A program made the position numbers and the translations under genes. A stretch of 64,000 bases of DNA from Octopus sinensis (taxonomy: Eukaryota). This document shows positions 14,850 through 27,559 of this stretch, in pieces (positions within the stretch are counted from its first letter, which is position 1; each line of letters opens with the position of its first letter). The notes under the pieces are model-generated. The model ran no database searches, was not told the DNA's origin, and saw nothing but the letters and a program-made list of their open reading frames with translations. The stretch lies in contig NC_043002.1 of NCBI RefSeq assembly GCF_006345805.1, forward strand, positions 28,458,001 through 28,522,000, in the 5' to 3' direction.

Positions 14850-17800
14850 TCCTAAGACAGCATCAGCAGATAATAGAGTAAGGAGTAGGAACTGGAGTAG
14901 CGAAGAAAACAGGATAGTAATGCAGTGCTACTTAGAAAGTGAACCTAAGAGAAGGGGTTATAGAAAACGGATGTTAACACTTTAGGTAGAGAAATGTATG
15001 TTTAAAATGACTGACTAGAGACTAGTAGATCAAGCTAATGCTATTAGAAGAAAGTGGATGGCAGAGTTGCAGGTGGAAGAAATCACAAAGGAATTGGAAA
15101 AGAAAGACCAGGCAGTAGGAAAGACAAACAACAACATAAGCGATACAGCTCAAACCAAAGAAGAAAAAGTAATAATAGCACTACCGATAAGGAAGGGACA
15201 ACTTGCACCAACTACTTAAGTGGTTTAAGTGTGGAAGATCAGAAGATTTTAGATGAGTTGCAGGAAGTAATGAGTAAAGAAGTAAGAAAAGATTGCCAGC
15301 ATTAAAAGAAATCAACAGAAGAAAGCTGACAGATATGACTAGGAAAGTAGATTCTGTTATTAGTGGGATAGATACTAAAAATATAGGAGACACTAACATA
15401 TTGATCTATGCAGGAGGAGTAGTAGTTTCTAGAAGATTAGATTAAAAAAGAAAAGAGTAAATGTGGAAAAAAGATTACAAAATAAAATAAAGATTACAAA
15501 ATACAGTGAAGACTTTAAGACAAGATTTGAGTAGATTTAGAAGCCTGGAAACTGAACAAGTTGGGAAACACAAGATTTAAATCTTCTCTTGAGAAAAGAT
15601 ACTTAGACAAAGAGAAAGGATTTGGCACAGTCATGGAAAAATTGAAACAGCATATCATAGCAGTAGCAGGTAAGCTTTCCATATATCAGAAAAGAATGGA
15701 TCAGTATCAACATAATAGATTATTTGAGACAGACCAGAGGAAATTTTATAACCAAATAAATAGTGGAGAAGAAAGTATTGAAGATGAGATACCTAATGCA
15801 GAAGAAGCTAAAAAATTCTGGAGTAATATTTGGGATAAGGTACTCAATCATAGTGGAGATGCAGTACGGTTATAGAAAGTGAGGTTATAGAAAGAAGTAG
15901 TGAGTGAGAAGCAGCCAGATCTAAGACTAACTAGTGCATTAATGAGTAAAATGTTAAGAAAAATGCCGAATTGGAAGGGCTCAGGACCAGATGTAGTTCA
16001 AGGGTACAGTTAAAGAAATTTAGTAGTTTACATGGGAGGCTGAGGAAACAGCTTCAGGATTGCCTTAATAGAAGAATAAGACCAGATTGGGTGACTAAAA
16101 AGAGAACAATATTCCTTATGAAAGATAAAAGCAAGGGTAATACAGGTAGCAATTATAGACCAATGATTTGCTTACCATTAGTGTGGAAGCTGTGAGCAAG
16201 AATGCTTTCAGCAAGCATTCACGAGCACTTGACAGCCAGAATTTACTGCGCGAAAAACAGAAAGGTTGCAAGAAGAAGGCTAGAGGAACGAATGATCTAT
16301 TGTAAAAAGACAAAGCAGTCCCAAATGAAGTAAAAGCTAGAAAGTAAAATATAACAATAACATGGATAGATTACAAAATAGCCTATGACATGATCCCATA
16401 CTCATGGGTAAGTGAATGTTTGAGTATATTCAGTATAGCAGACTACATAAGAGAATTAATTAACTTTAGCATTAAAAAATGGATAGTGTCTGCCCAGATG
16501 ACGTACTCTTAGGGAGGTTAATATCAAGAGAGGAATTTTCCAAGGAGACTTATTATTCCCTTTAATATTTGTCTTATGTTTGACCCCGCTACGTTTAATA
16601 TTAAGGAAGGCAACGGCAGGGTGTCAGTTTAGAAATAGTAAAGGAAAAATTAACCATATGCTCTACATGGATGATAGGAAGCTTTTTAGTAAGAATGAAT
16701 AAGAGATAGATTCATTAATACCGACTGTAAGACCCTTCAGCAAAGATATAGGCATGGAATATGGCATTGGCAAGTGTGCAACATTAGTCATGGGAAGAGG
16801 ACAGGTAGTGAAGACATCCAATTACCAGATGGCCACAGATATAAATCATTAAAAGGGGAGAGTTATAAGTATCAAGGAGTATTATAATCTGACAGAGTAC
16901 TAACTATAGGAATGAAAATGAAAATTGAGAAGGAGTACATCAAAAGGATGAGGAAACTAATAAAGTCAAAGTTGAATGGTCTGAATCTAGCGAATGTTGT
17001 AAATACTTGGGCAGTATAATTACTTAGAAAGCTCAGTAGCTTTTGTAGATTGGACAAAAACTGAATTATCAAAGCTAGACAGAAGAACTAGGAAGGAATT
17101 CAATATGAGTGGAGGACTCCACCCAAGGGCAGGAATAGCAAGATTATATTTACCTAGAAAGGAAGATAGAAAAGGATTGGTATCAATCGAAGACTGCGTG
17201 GAATCAGCTAGAGTAGATATATATATATACTACTATATAGGTAATAGTGATGAAAGTTTATTAAGATCTGCTACACTCACAGCAAGACATAGGGAAACCA
17301 AGAAACCAAACCAAGTTAAAGACCAGAAAAAAGAATAAAGTCTGACTGGCAGGGGAAGGCTTTGCATCGTAGATTTCCTAAAATAGTTGCAGCATAGAGT
17401 AATAGTGAGACAGGGTTAAGGTTGCAGGAAGAACGGCTGAAAAAAGAGATAGAAGGTTTGTTAGTAGCAGCACAAGATGAAGCATTAAGGACTATTTGGG
17501 TGAAAACCAAAATACACAAAACCAAGTAGATTTTCAATGTAAGTTATGCAAATCAAAAGAGGAAAGTGTTACTCATATAGTAAGTGAATATAGCATGCTG
17601 GCACAAAAGGAATACAAGAAAAGACATGACAATCTAGGTAGAGTAATCCACTGACAGTTATGTAGAAAGCTAAGATTTGAACATACTGATAAATGGTATG
17701 AACATGAAGCTAGTAAAGTACTAGAAAGTAAGAAATATAAGATGTTGTGGGATTTTAACATTCAGAGAGACAGAGTAATAGAAACTAGAAGGCCAAATTT

Positions 17801-18170
17801 AGTAGTAGTAGATAAATAGAAAGTACAAGATAATTGACTTTACAGTCGCAAATGACGAGAAAATCAATATGAGAGGTATAGAAAAATAGCAAAGTACCAA
17901 GACCTCACTATTGAATCATAGAGTATATGGAAAGTGCGGGTAAAATTTATTCCAGTAGTTATAGTTGCATTAGGAACTATCCCTAAAGATTTGAGCAGAT
18001 GGATTGAGAAAACAGGCATAAAACCCAGTTCAGTACCTCGCCAGAAAACAGTGTTATTAGGGACAGCTAGGATACTTAGGAGGGTTCTTAGAATCTACAA
18101 TTACTTGTTGTAGCTCAATGTTAGGAAGTTTTCATTTCCAGAAGTCTACTCTGCTGTGTGTATATGAATA
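14850..18170 (+). mobile_element. Near full-length, heavily mutated R4/Dong-clade LINE (N-terminal domain, RT, CCHC, REL)
   Basis: N-terminus NWSSEENRIVMQCYLESEPKRRGYRKRM; RT pieces GPDVVQG, NYRPMICLPLVWKL, WIDYKIAYDMIP, RGIFQGD, NHMLYMDD; LHPRAGIARLYLPRKE; REL region ..RHDNLG..LWDFNIQ..VVIVALGTIP..GTARILRRVL; (AAT)n tail. Many stops and frameshifts. Confidence 0.92.
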
Positions 18171-18224
18171 ATTATAATAATAATAACATAAATTATTATT
18201 ATTAAGAAAAAGAAGAAGAGCAAT

Positions 18225-18263
<39 letters not shown>

Positions 18264-18399
18264 AATAATAATAACAATAATAATAATAATAAATAGTTTC
18301 TAATTTAGGGACAAGACCATCAATTTTGAAAGGAGCGGGGTCGGTGGTTAATATTGATCATCACCCCAGTAGAGATGATTTGTGGATGACACAGAAACC

Positions 18400-18780
18400 A
18401 TAAAAAACAGCCGCTGTTTTAATGAGTCGAATTTTTACATCATTTTTTTGTGAATGCGTTGCTACTTCCTAAGTATACAAAGGAGTCCGCATATTTTTAG
18501 AGAGATTTCTTTGATTGTGCTGATTGAGTTTTCTTAATGGTTGTAGATGCATTAAGTCTTTGAGACAGTAACATAAAGACAAATATCTTCTATTGTTTTT
18601 TCAATGACATGTAAAATGGTGCTAGCTTCTGAGATGGTGTCTGCGAAAAGAGCTATAACATCAGAATCATTTTCATCTGTTCTCGTTTAGTTTAGTGACG
18701 AGTATAAGTTGATTTTTTTTTAGAGTGTAAGCCGAATTTATCAGGGTTGTTTCCTGAATTACAAACTACCTCGAAATGAT
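18400..18780 (-). pseudogene. Degraded RTE-clade reverse transcriptase fragment
   Basis: Minus strand gives DSDVIALFADTISEASTILHVIEK..KT and KYADSFVYLGSS..KNDVKIRL, resembling the RT ADD-motif and FKYLGS regions. Confidence 0.55.
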
Positions 18781-19339
18781 GCAGCTAAATACAACCAGAG
18801 TTTCAGGGGGGTTTATGACGAAACAAAAACGAGTCCAAGGAAAATCGGTCTATTGTTGGACAAAAAAAAAAAATCATTGGAAACAGGGTGAAACATCTGC
18901 AAGTAGTTTTTCTTCTCAAGAGCTTTTGACTTTGTCCACTGAGGCAAACTGGAGCAAACTCTTTATGCATAGTGTTGCTTAAGAACTAGTAGTAAGCGCA
19001 GTAGCGATGCTCTTCAAGAATACAAGAAATGAAGTTATGCGTAGGTTTACTGACAAGACAACGACTTTTTCCACGTTGAAGCAGAAATCTTGCACATCAA
19101 CGAACAATAGTGGTGGTGACATGTCTCCTCGGTAGATGCCTCTCTCGATTACAAACCACGAACTCTCCTAATGACGTACGTTTGCGCTTCCAGTTTTTCC
19201 AGCGACATCCATTGAAGTCATTGATATCGTTTGTCACATCATCCATTCTATTATCATTGTTATTGTTATTATTACTGTTATTATGGTTATTACTGTTATT
19301 ATTATTATTATTATTATTATATTATTATTACTATTATTA

Positions 19340-19397
<58 letters not shown>

Positions 19398-19458
19398 CAT
19401 TATTATTATCATTGTTATTATTATTGTTGTTGTCGTTGTTGCTATCGTTGCTGTTGTT

Positions 19459-19660
19459 AAGGCGACGAGCAGGCAGAATCGTTTGCACTCCGAACAAAAC
19501 GCATAGCTCATTTCGTCCATCTTTACGTTCTGAGTTCAAATTCCGCCATGGTCGACTTTGCCTTTCTTCCTACCGCGATCGATAAAATAAGTACCAGTTG
19601 AGTACTGAAGTCGATGTAATCCACTTACCCCCTCCCCCAAAATTTCAGGCTGTGTGTCTT
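19459..19660 (+). mobile_element. SINE D (tail type 2)
   Basis: ggcgacgagcaggcagaatcg..ttctgagttcaaattccgcc..gataaaataagtaccag..ccctcccccaaaatttcaggc. Confidence 0.8.
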
Positions 19661-20880
19661 TAGTAGTAGTAGTAGTAGTATAGAATGATGATAGTGATGA
19701 AGATGGTAACGATTATAGTAATGAAGATTATGATGATGTTGTTTTTGGTAACGATGATGATGGTGGTGGCGGTGGTGGTTCACGGTGATGATGACAATGG
19801 TTGGCGGAGCGATTGTTCTTTGTTGGTGATTATTGAGGTGGTGGTGGTGGTGAGATAGTCCTAGTAAATAGTGTCGGTGGTAGCGTGTTGCTGTGGTGCC
19901 GGTGGTAGCAGGCGGTAGAAAAGGTAGTGGTGGTGCCGATAGTCTTATCATCAATAAGATTATTTAGTCTATTGTCTACAGATAACAATGACATCGACAA
20001 CAACAATAGCAACCACAAAAATGAAAGGAAAGACGTACGAGGAGGAGGAGGAGGAAGAGGTGACAAAGAATGAGAGAAGTTACAAGCTGTTGGGCAGGTG
20101 GAGAAAGGGGAGGTAATAATGCCATGATGTCAATTATACCCCCTTATTATCTCCAAAATACTGCAAATAAGATGCAACGGAAAATTTCAATTATATATGT
20201 GTGTATGTGCATGTGTGTGTGTGTGTAAACGCATATATATATATATATATATATATATGCCTGTTTTCTGCATATATAAATGTGTGCATACATATATATG
20301 TATATATATATACATACATAACATACATATATATATACACACACATGTATATATATGCATATATATATATGTATATATATATATACATATATATATATGT
20401 GTGTGTGTGTGCATGTGTGTGCGTGTGTGTGTATGTGTGTTTGTGTATATATACTCACACGCACAAATTATGTATACACATTAAATTAACATAGCCCACA
20501 TTCACGTAAACGATATGTGTGTGTATGTAAATGCGTGTTTCTGTGTATGTGAGTGTGTGTGCACGCGCAAGTGTGTGTATGTGTGTGTGTATGTGCATAC
20601 TTATACACACACACACAGTATTCAACCAGTAAACACAAATACCGAATTACACAGAACCATACATCTTCCTTTTTTGCATAATCACGTACATAACCACACA
20701 TAATCATCATCACAATCACACACATATATATATACACACACACACACACACAGAGGCAGACACAATATCAGCTCACACATGCAACTACACATACTCGTTC
20801 TTACGCCAACAACACATTACAGACAGTATTACAAAAACATTGTCAGTAGACAAAAATCACACAAACATATATACACGCAA

Positions 20881-20913
<33 letters not shown>

Positions 20914-21236
20914 TGTATGTATGTATGTATGTATGTATGTATGTATGTATGTATGTATGTATGCATGTATGTATGTATGTATGCATGTATGTATGTATAT
21001 GTGTGTGTATGTATGTATGTATGTATGTGTGTATGTATGTATGTATGTATGTGGATGTATGCATGTATAAATGTAGGTTGATACGTACGTGTATATATGT
21101 ACGGGCATATATGTATATATACATATGTATGTGTGTATATATATATATATATATATCTACCTATATACACACATATATGTATGTATATACACGCACACAT
21201 ATATACATATATGAACACAGGCATATTTACTGTATG

Positions 21237-21278
<42 letters not shown>

Positions 21279-21348
21279 GCACGCATACATAAATATACAC
21301 AGACAGACAGACAGACAGACAGATAGACAGATAGAAAGACAGACAGAC

Positions 21349-21393
<45 letters not shown>

Positions 21394-21498
21394 TATAGAT
21401 AAATGCACACCTATATATGCATACACACAATCACACGCTTGTACAAATGTACGCATATACACAACCGGCACACACACTCACACACACATACACGCCGA

Positions 21499-21529
<31 letters not shown>

Positions 21530-22489
21530 TATACTCATATACACACACAGACAGAGAGCAGATGCACACATATAAACACACAACCGACACTCCACTCACA
21601 TACATACCCAATACATACATTCACAAACTTCTGTACAACGGGTATACACAAACACACCACACATAACAGTACGACACTCACACACTCAACACCGCCCCAT
21701 GTCACACCGTACTGCGGCACATAGAGGAAGGGAGAAGTGGCGAGGGAAGTAGCAGGAAATTAAAAATTGCAACATCATTATTGCAGACTTAATTGCACAC
21801 ATAAGTAACAGTGAAATGTGCAATGTTGTGCAGTGAATTTTCTGTTGATTCCTGGCAACAATTGCAATAAATAGACACTAGAATTTCTGGCACCACACCC
21901 CCTTCTGCTAACACCGCCCCACTCTCATCCACTACCATCACCACCACTACCACCACCACCACTACCACCACTACCACCAACACTACTACTATAACTACTT
22001 ACTCCACTACTCCTAACATCACCGCCACTACCACGAATGCCACTACTGCTACTACGACCACTACTGTGGCAAACGCAACTACTACTTATACAACCACTGC
22101 TACCACTTCTACCAACATCATTATCACCAGCACCACCGCTACCACCACTACCATAATCACTACCACTAGCACAAACACCACCATACCACAATCACCACCA
22201 CTACAACCACCACTACTACCATATCTCTACTACTGCCAATACCACCATAATAAGCAATGCTACTACGACTACGACTATTAACACCATTTCTACCACTGCC
22301 ATCGCAACCAATCCCACCGCAACCCTCACACCACCGCTACTGCTCCGGCTTTTAATACCACCACTGCCAATACCCCGCCAATTTCATCACTATCACTCTA
22401 CCACCACACCACCATTACCATTACAATACCGCCACTGCCACAAGCACCACTGCTATCAACAATGTCACCACTATCATTACTATAACAAC

Positions 22490-22856
22490 GGAGGCGCAAT
22501 GGCCCAGTGGTTAGGGCAGCGGACTCGCGGTTTCGATTCCCAGACCGGGCGTTGTGAGAGTTTATTGAGCGAAAACACATAAAGCTCCACGAGGCTCCGG
22601 CAGGGATGGTGGTGATTCCTGCTGTACTTTTTCACTACAACTTTCTCTCACTCTTACTTCCTGTTTCTGTTGTACCTGCATTTCAAATGGTCGGCCTTGT
22701 CACACTCTGTGTCACGCTGAATATCCCCGAGAACTACGTTAAGGGTACACGTGTCTGTGGAGTGCTCAGCCACTTACACGTTAATTTCACGAGCAGGCTG
22801 TTCCGTTGATCGGATCGACCGGAAGCCTCGTCGTCGGAACCGACGGAGTGCTTCCA
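22490..22856 (+). mobile_element. SINE family B, full length
   Basis: A-box-like tggcccagtgg and B-box-like gtttcgattcc. Near-identical inverted copy at 38925-39306. Confidence 0.9.
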
Positions 22857-23002
22857 TCCCCACTATAACAACACCACCAGTTATCATCTGATACCATTTA
22901 CCCGGAATGAAAGTCTTCAATCAGTCATATCTTTTGTTTTATAGTTATGTCGTTGACGTTTGTTGTTTTTTGTTGTTGTTGTTGCTGTTGTTGCTGTTGC
23001 TG

Positions 23003-23034
<32 letters not shown>

Positions 23035-23614
23035 GGTGGAGTCAGCGGTAGCAGTGGTAATGATGGTAGTGATGTTGGTAATGTTCCTGGTGGTGATGGT
23101 AATAGTACTGCTAATGTTAGTTGTGAAACAGGTGGTAAGTGATTGTGATATTGGTACCACTCGTGATGTTGGGGGTGGTGGTCATATTGGTGGTAGTGGT
23201 TATGCTAGTTGCACAGATGGTACTGGAAGTGTTGGTAGTATTGGTAATGGTAGTAGGGGCGGTGGGAATCGTGGTGTTGTGTCGTCGTTGCTGTGGTAAG
23301 TTAGTGATAATGATGGTAATATTGGCGTTGTGTTAACGGTAATCACTCATGTTGGTGGTGATAACAATGTTGCGTTAATGTTAATATAGTTGCGATGGCG
23401 TAGTAGTATTGTTGATAGTGATGATGATGAGATAATTTCAGTTGTATGTTATTGTTGATGTTAGCGTGATAATGCTGTTTATATGGTAATAGTGTTGTTG
23501 ATATATTCTTGTTGTGGTGTTGTGTTGTGTTGTGGTAGTGTGTTGATGTGGTAATGTAAGAGTCATTAATGATGTTGATGTAGATATTGTTATTGGTGTA
23601 GCAGAGTAGTATTA

Positions 23615-23829
23615 TTGTTCATTATTTACATCATTTACAATTGACGAATATTTGTCCTCATATTGTTTGTTGTTAACACAACGTTTCGGCTGATGTACCC
23701 TCCAGCCTTCATAGGGTGTCTTGGGGAAATTTCGAACCTGGGTTCTCATTCCTAAGGTATTTTTCGATATTATTATTATTATCATCATTATTATTATTAT
23801 TATTGTTATTATTATTATTATTATTATTA

Positions 23830-23916
<87 letters not shown>

Positions 23917-23990
23917 TTACTGTCTGGAATTGAACTCGGAATCTTGGGGCTAGTAGCCCACGCTCTTAGCCACTACGCCATATGCCCGTG
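23615..23990 (-). mobile_element. Composite short element: tRNA-like head + (AAT)n + Penelope-type hammerhead-bearing tail
   Basis: Minus strand: gggcataTGGCGTAGTGGctaagagcgtgggctactagccccaagattccgaGTTCAATTCCagacagtaacctg, then (aat)n, then ..acaccctatgaaggctggagggtacatcagccgaaacgttgtgt.. Confidence 0.75.
23676..23719 (-). ncRNA. Minimal type I hammerhead ribozyme motif (core mutated)
   Basis: ACAC-ccuAUGA-A-GGCUG(gagggtacat)CAGCC-GAAA-CGUU-GUGU. Stems I and II and the palindromic CG are intact; the CUGA core is altered to CCUA. Confidence 0.6.
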
Positions 23991-24002
23991 AGCTTATTAT
24001 TA

Positions 24003-24205
24003 TTCAGGTCACTGCCTGGAATTGAACTCGGAATACCTTAGGAATGAGAACCCAGGTTCGAAATTTCCCCCAATACACCTGATGAAGACTGGAGAGTATA
24101 TCAGCCGAAAAGTTGTGTTAACAACAAACAAGATGAGGACAAATATCCGTCAATTGTAAATAATGTAAATAACGTACATAATTCCTCATCTCTTAAATAT
24201 AGAAC
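24003..24205 (+). mobile_element. Inverted second copy of the hammerhead-bearing tail, fused to a partial reversed tRNA head
   Basis: 24033-24180 is the reverse complement of ~23615-23760. 24003-24032 repeats the 3' half of the head in minus orientation. Confidence 0.8.
24075..24118 (+). ncRNA. Minimal type I hammerhead ribozyme motif
   Basis: ACAC-CUGAUGA-A-GaCUG(gagagtatat)CAGcC-GAAA-aGUU-GUGU. CUGAUGA and GAAA are intact and stem I is ACAC/GUGU; there is one stem II mismatch and a C>A change after GAAA. Confidence 0.65.
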
Positions 24206-24959
24206 ATTATTATTGTTATTGCTGATTTTATTGTTGATGACATTTGTGGTGGTAGTAGTGGAGATCATGGCAGTCGTGGAAGTGGTTGTAGTTGTGATGG
24301 TCGTCGTCATCATCGTCACCACGATCTTGTGGTAGTGTTGTTGATGGTGGTGGTGGTGGTGGTGGTGATAGTAGTAGTAGTATTGATGGTGATATTGGTG
24401 TGTCCTTGTGGCAGTGTTATTGTTGTTGGTGGTGGTATTGTTTTTTGCTGTTGTTGCTGGTGGTGAGGTTGATGCTGCTGTTCATCCCCCCATACCAAAA
24501 TACCTAATTGTACAGACCTATGATCAAAGCCAATTATATCTTTTTCCTATGTGCAAGGAAGTAAGGCCACATTATGTTAAGACGGCAGGCTGAAATTTTG
24601 AGGAGATTTAGCTGCTATTTCTAGGATCTAGAGATAACAGTTAGAGGCTCCCTTGTTGGCAACAGTTGCGATGATGGTGAAGGTACTGAAAATGGTAAAG
24701 ATGGTGTGGATGGGGTGATAGTGATGGCTGAAGTAATGCTGGAAATGTTAGTGGTGGTCATAAGTGTAATGGTGGTGACAGTGGTGCTAGTGGAATTGTT
24801 AATTCTTCCGATTAGCAAGGGCGGGAGATAATTTTGTAGGTAATTTTGAATCGATATGATCTTGTTCTTGTTGATGTTGCTGTTGTTGCTGTTGCTGCTG
24901 CTGCTGCTTTTGCTTTTGCTTTTGTATAACAGTACTATCGGACTCAGTGAATATGATTA

Positions 24960-25095
24960 TTAAAACTCTGGATTGGAAGAATCGTTAAAACATTGGATGC
25001 AATACCCTTACATTCTAAGTTCAAAACCTTCTGAGGTTGACATTGCGTTTCATCCTTATGGAGGTTGATAAAATGAAGTACCAATCTATTCCTAG
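24960..25095 (+). mobile_element. Old, degraded SINE D
   Basis: gaatcgttaaaac..ttctaagttcaaa..gaggttgacattgcgtttcatcctt..gataaaatgaagtacc. Confidence 0.55.
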
Positions 25096-25246
25096 GTTCG
25101 ATTTAATCGACAACAGATCTGTGGCTACACTCAATGGAATAGCATAATATAGTAAAACGCAAATCGACATTCATCTATGGGGCTCAAATGACAAGTGAAA
25201 TGACGGCTGAAGTACATTGCCTTCACGTCAATATTATCTATGTGTA

Positions 25247-25662
25247 GGGCGGCGAGCTGGCAGAATCGTTAGCACGCCGGGCGAAATGCTTAGCGGTATT
25301 TCGTCTACCGCTACGTTCTGAGTTCAAATTCCGCTGAGGTTGACTTTGCCTTCCATCCTTCCGGGGTCGATTAAATAGGTACCAGTTACGCACTGGGGTC
25401 GATATAATCGACATAATCCGTTTGTCTGTCCTTGTTTGTCCCCTATGTGTTTAGCCCCTTGTGGGCAGTAATGAAATAGGTATTTCGTCTGCCGTTACGT
25501 TCTGAGTTCAAATTCCGCTGAGATCGACTTCGCCTTTCATCCTTTCGGGGTCGATTAAATAAGTACCAGTTACGCACTGGGGTCTATGTAATCGACTTAA
25601 TCTCTTTGTCTGTCCTTGTTTGACCCCTCTATGTTTAGCCTTCCTTGGGCATAAAAGAAATA
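25247..25662 (+). mobile_element. Dimeric SINE D (full unit followed by a headless second unit)
   Basis: ggcggcgagctggcagaatcgttagc..gaaatagg|tatttcgtctgccgttacg..aaagaaata; the body is repeated after the junction at ~25480. Confidence 0.9.
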
Positions 25663-25939
25663 AAAACTATCTATATGTAACGCACACATATAGGTAATAT
25701 AGACACACACATACTATCATATCATTCATTCACACATACACTGTCGCTCTAAATATGGACCCTTTTCAAAGAAATCACTTTCAACCATCGGCTGTCGATG
25801 AAGACCGTGACTTCGACCATACAGCACTTCAATGAGGAACAGACTCGCGCAGGGCACCGGAGAATTGAATAAAAGAGTGACGTAAAAGGAGAATTACCTC
25901 CCACCACCACTACTGAAGCTACCACTATTATAGACTCAC

Positions 25940-25983
25940 TTCCCAGCATCAGCACTGTAGCCATTTTGAATGTAATTGATGTC
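25940..25983 (-). CDS. Candidate 44-nt internal exon (DINYIQNGYSADAG.)
   Basis: Minus-strand acceptor tatttctgtcttcag|G and donor AA|GTGAGT in non-repetitive sequence, with an open frame. No family recognised. Confidence 0.4.
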
Positions 25984-26069
25984 CTGAAGACAGAAATATA
26001 ACAATATTTTTTCTCTAAATGAGGAAGATATATAACAATTTATCACTCTTCCTCGTTCTAATTCCCTTC

Positions 26070-26125
<56 letters not shown>

Positions 26126-27559
26126 CCACACTTTCTGTATGTATGTATGTATGTATGTATGTATGTATGTATGTATGTATGTATGTATGTGTAGATCTTA
26201 GATATAGTAACAATCATATAAAAACAAAGCAAAACATAAGATGATAAGAATACAAACAGTAGCATCTCCAAGACAAGTCTTTCTGTGATAAATCCAACAA
26301 TGACCAGAATATTGAATTGTAACATTGGCATTCTGCCATAAAGTTTCAGCGGGGAATGTTTTTGATGGATAAATTCCGCTTCTAGCTTGTTAATTATTTT
26401 ATTGGCCCGCGTGTCAATAAAAAGAGAAGTTGTCCACGGTTAGGTTTGAACTGAGATCCTTGAAACTTAATACTGAGATGAGATGATTGAAGATATTATA
26501 CATTTTCTACATTCTAATAGACGCGTATTCAAATCCAGCGCGTGTACTTCGATCATCCAACGATGTACTACGATCATCTTATGGGAATGTTAACGTGCGA
26601 TTGATCAGACTTTATCCAGGGGCTACCAAAAAGTTTTATCTCTCTCATCCGCAGCACAGCACAAACCTATAGCTCTTCTACGCAGAACTTGAAATATTCT
26701 AACACTCTCATAGACTTAGCATTGACTAAGACTTGAGTTGTGGGGAGAGTAATGTGGCAAAACAGACCCAAACAAACCAGTCGATGAACCGCATAAAACT
26801 ATTTTATGACATTTCCACAAACTCTTTTAACTGCCGATACTTCACTTCCTTTCTCTGATTCCCATCATATTTCCGCCCCATGTTTTAAGCTCTAATGCTC
26901 CTGCATTTCCCATTTTGAACTACAGCACTCTTCAAAGCATATCTTTTACTAGAAATAAGCTTTTCACCCTCTGTTTCATAGATAACTTCTTTATTCGATG
27001 CTGATCCCCATATTATCTTCTTCTTTATTCTTCTTTTATGTTCCTTATATTTCATCACCGTCATTTTTAAAATCATCTTCAAAATCCGTGTTCTTTACTG
27101 GAACTCAGTACATGTTTCAACATACTTTCATCTGCTTGGTTTCATGATGATTATGATGGTGGTGATGACGGGGATGATAATGATGATGATGATTATGAGG
27201 AGGAGGAGGAGGAGCAGGAGCAGGAGCAGCAGGAGCAGCAGGAGGAGCAGCAGGAGCAGGTGCAGGAGGACCACGACCATGACGACGATAAATAATTATA
27301 ATAATAATGACGTTTCTAGTTTAGGGGCAATGCCATCTATTCATAGGGCTGGTCAAAAACATTGGCCCAATTCTTAACTAGGAATGGAGCCGATCTCCAA
27401 GGAATATGAACTGAGAACGTAAAAACAGATAAAATGCCGATATGCAGGCTGTCCGGCGTGCTAACGACTCTACCAGCTCGCCACCTTAAATGGCTACTAA
27501 ATATATTGAAAGGAATATTCACACCTTACGATATGAATATCAACGTCACGCGTGTGACA

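Noticed and set aside
23912-23988. Possible genuine tRNA gene
   Set aside because: A and B boxes are present, but there is no proper acceptor stem or cloverleaf and no oligo-T terminator. It is treated as a SINE head, as are the heads of families B, C, D and CORE.
26480-27120. Short ORFs and an acceptor at 26520 in unique sequence
   Set aside because: There is no matching donor or recognisable motif; possibly decayed TE sequence.
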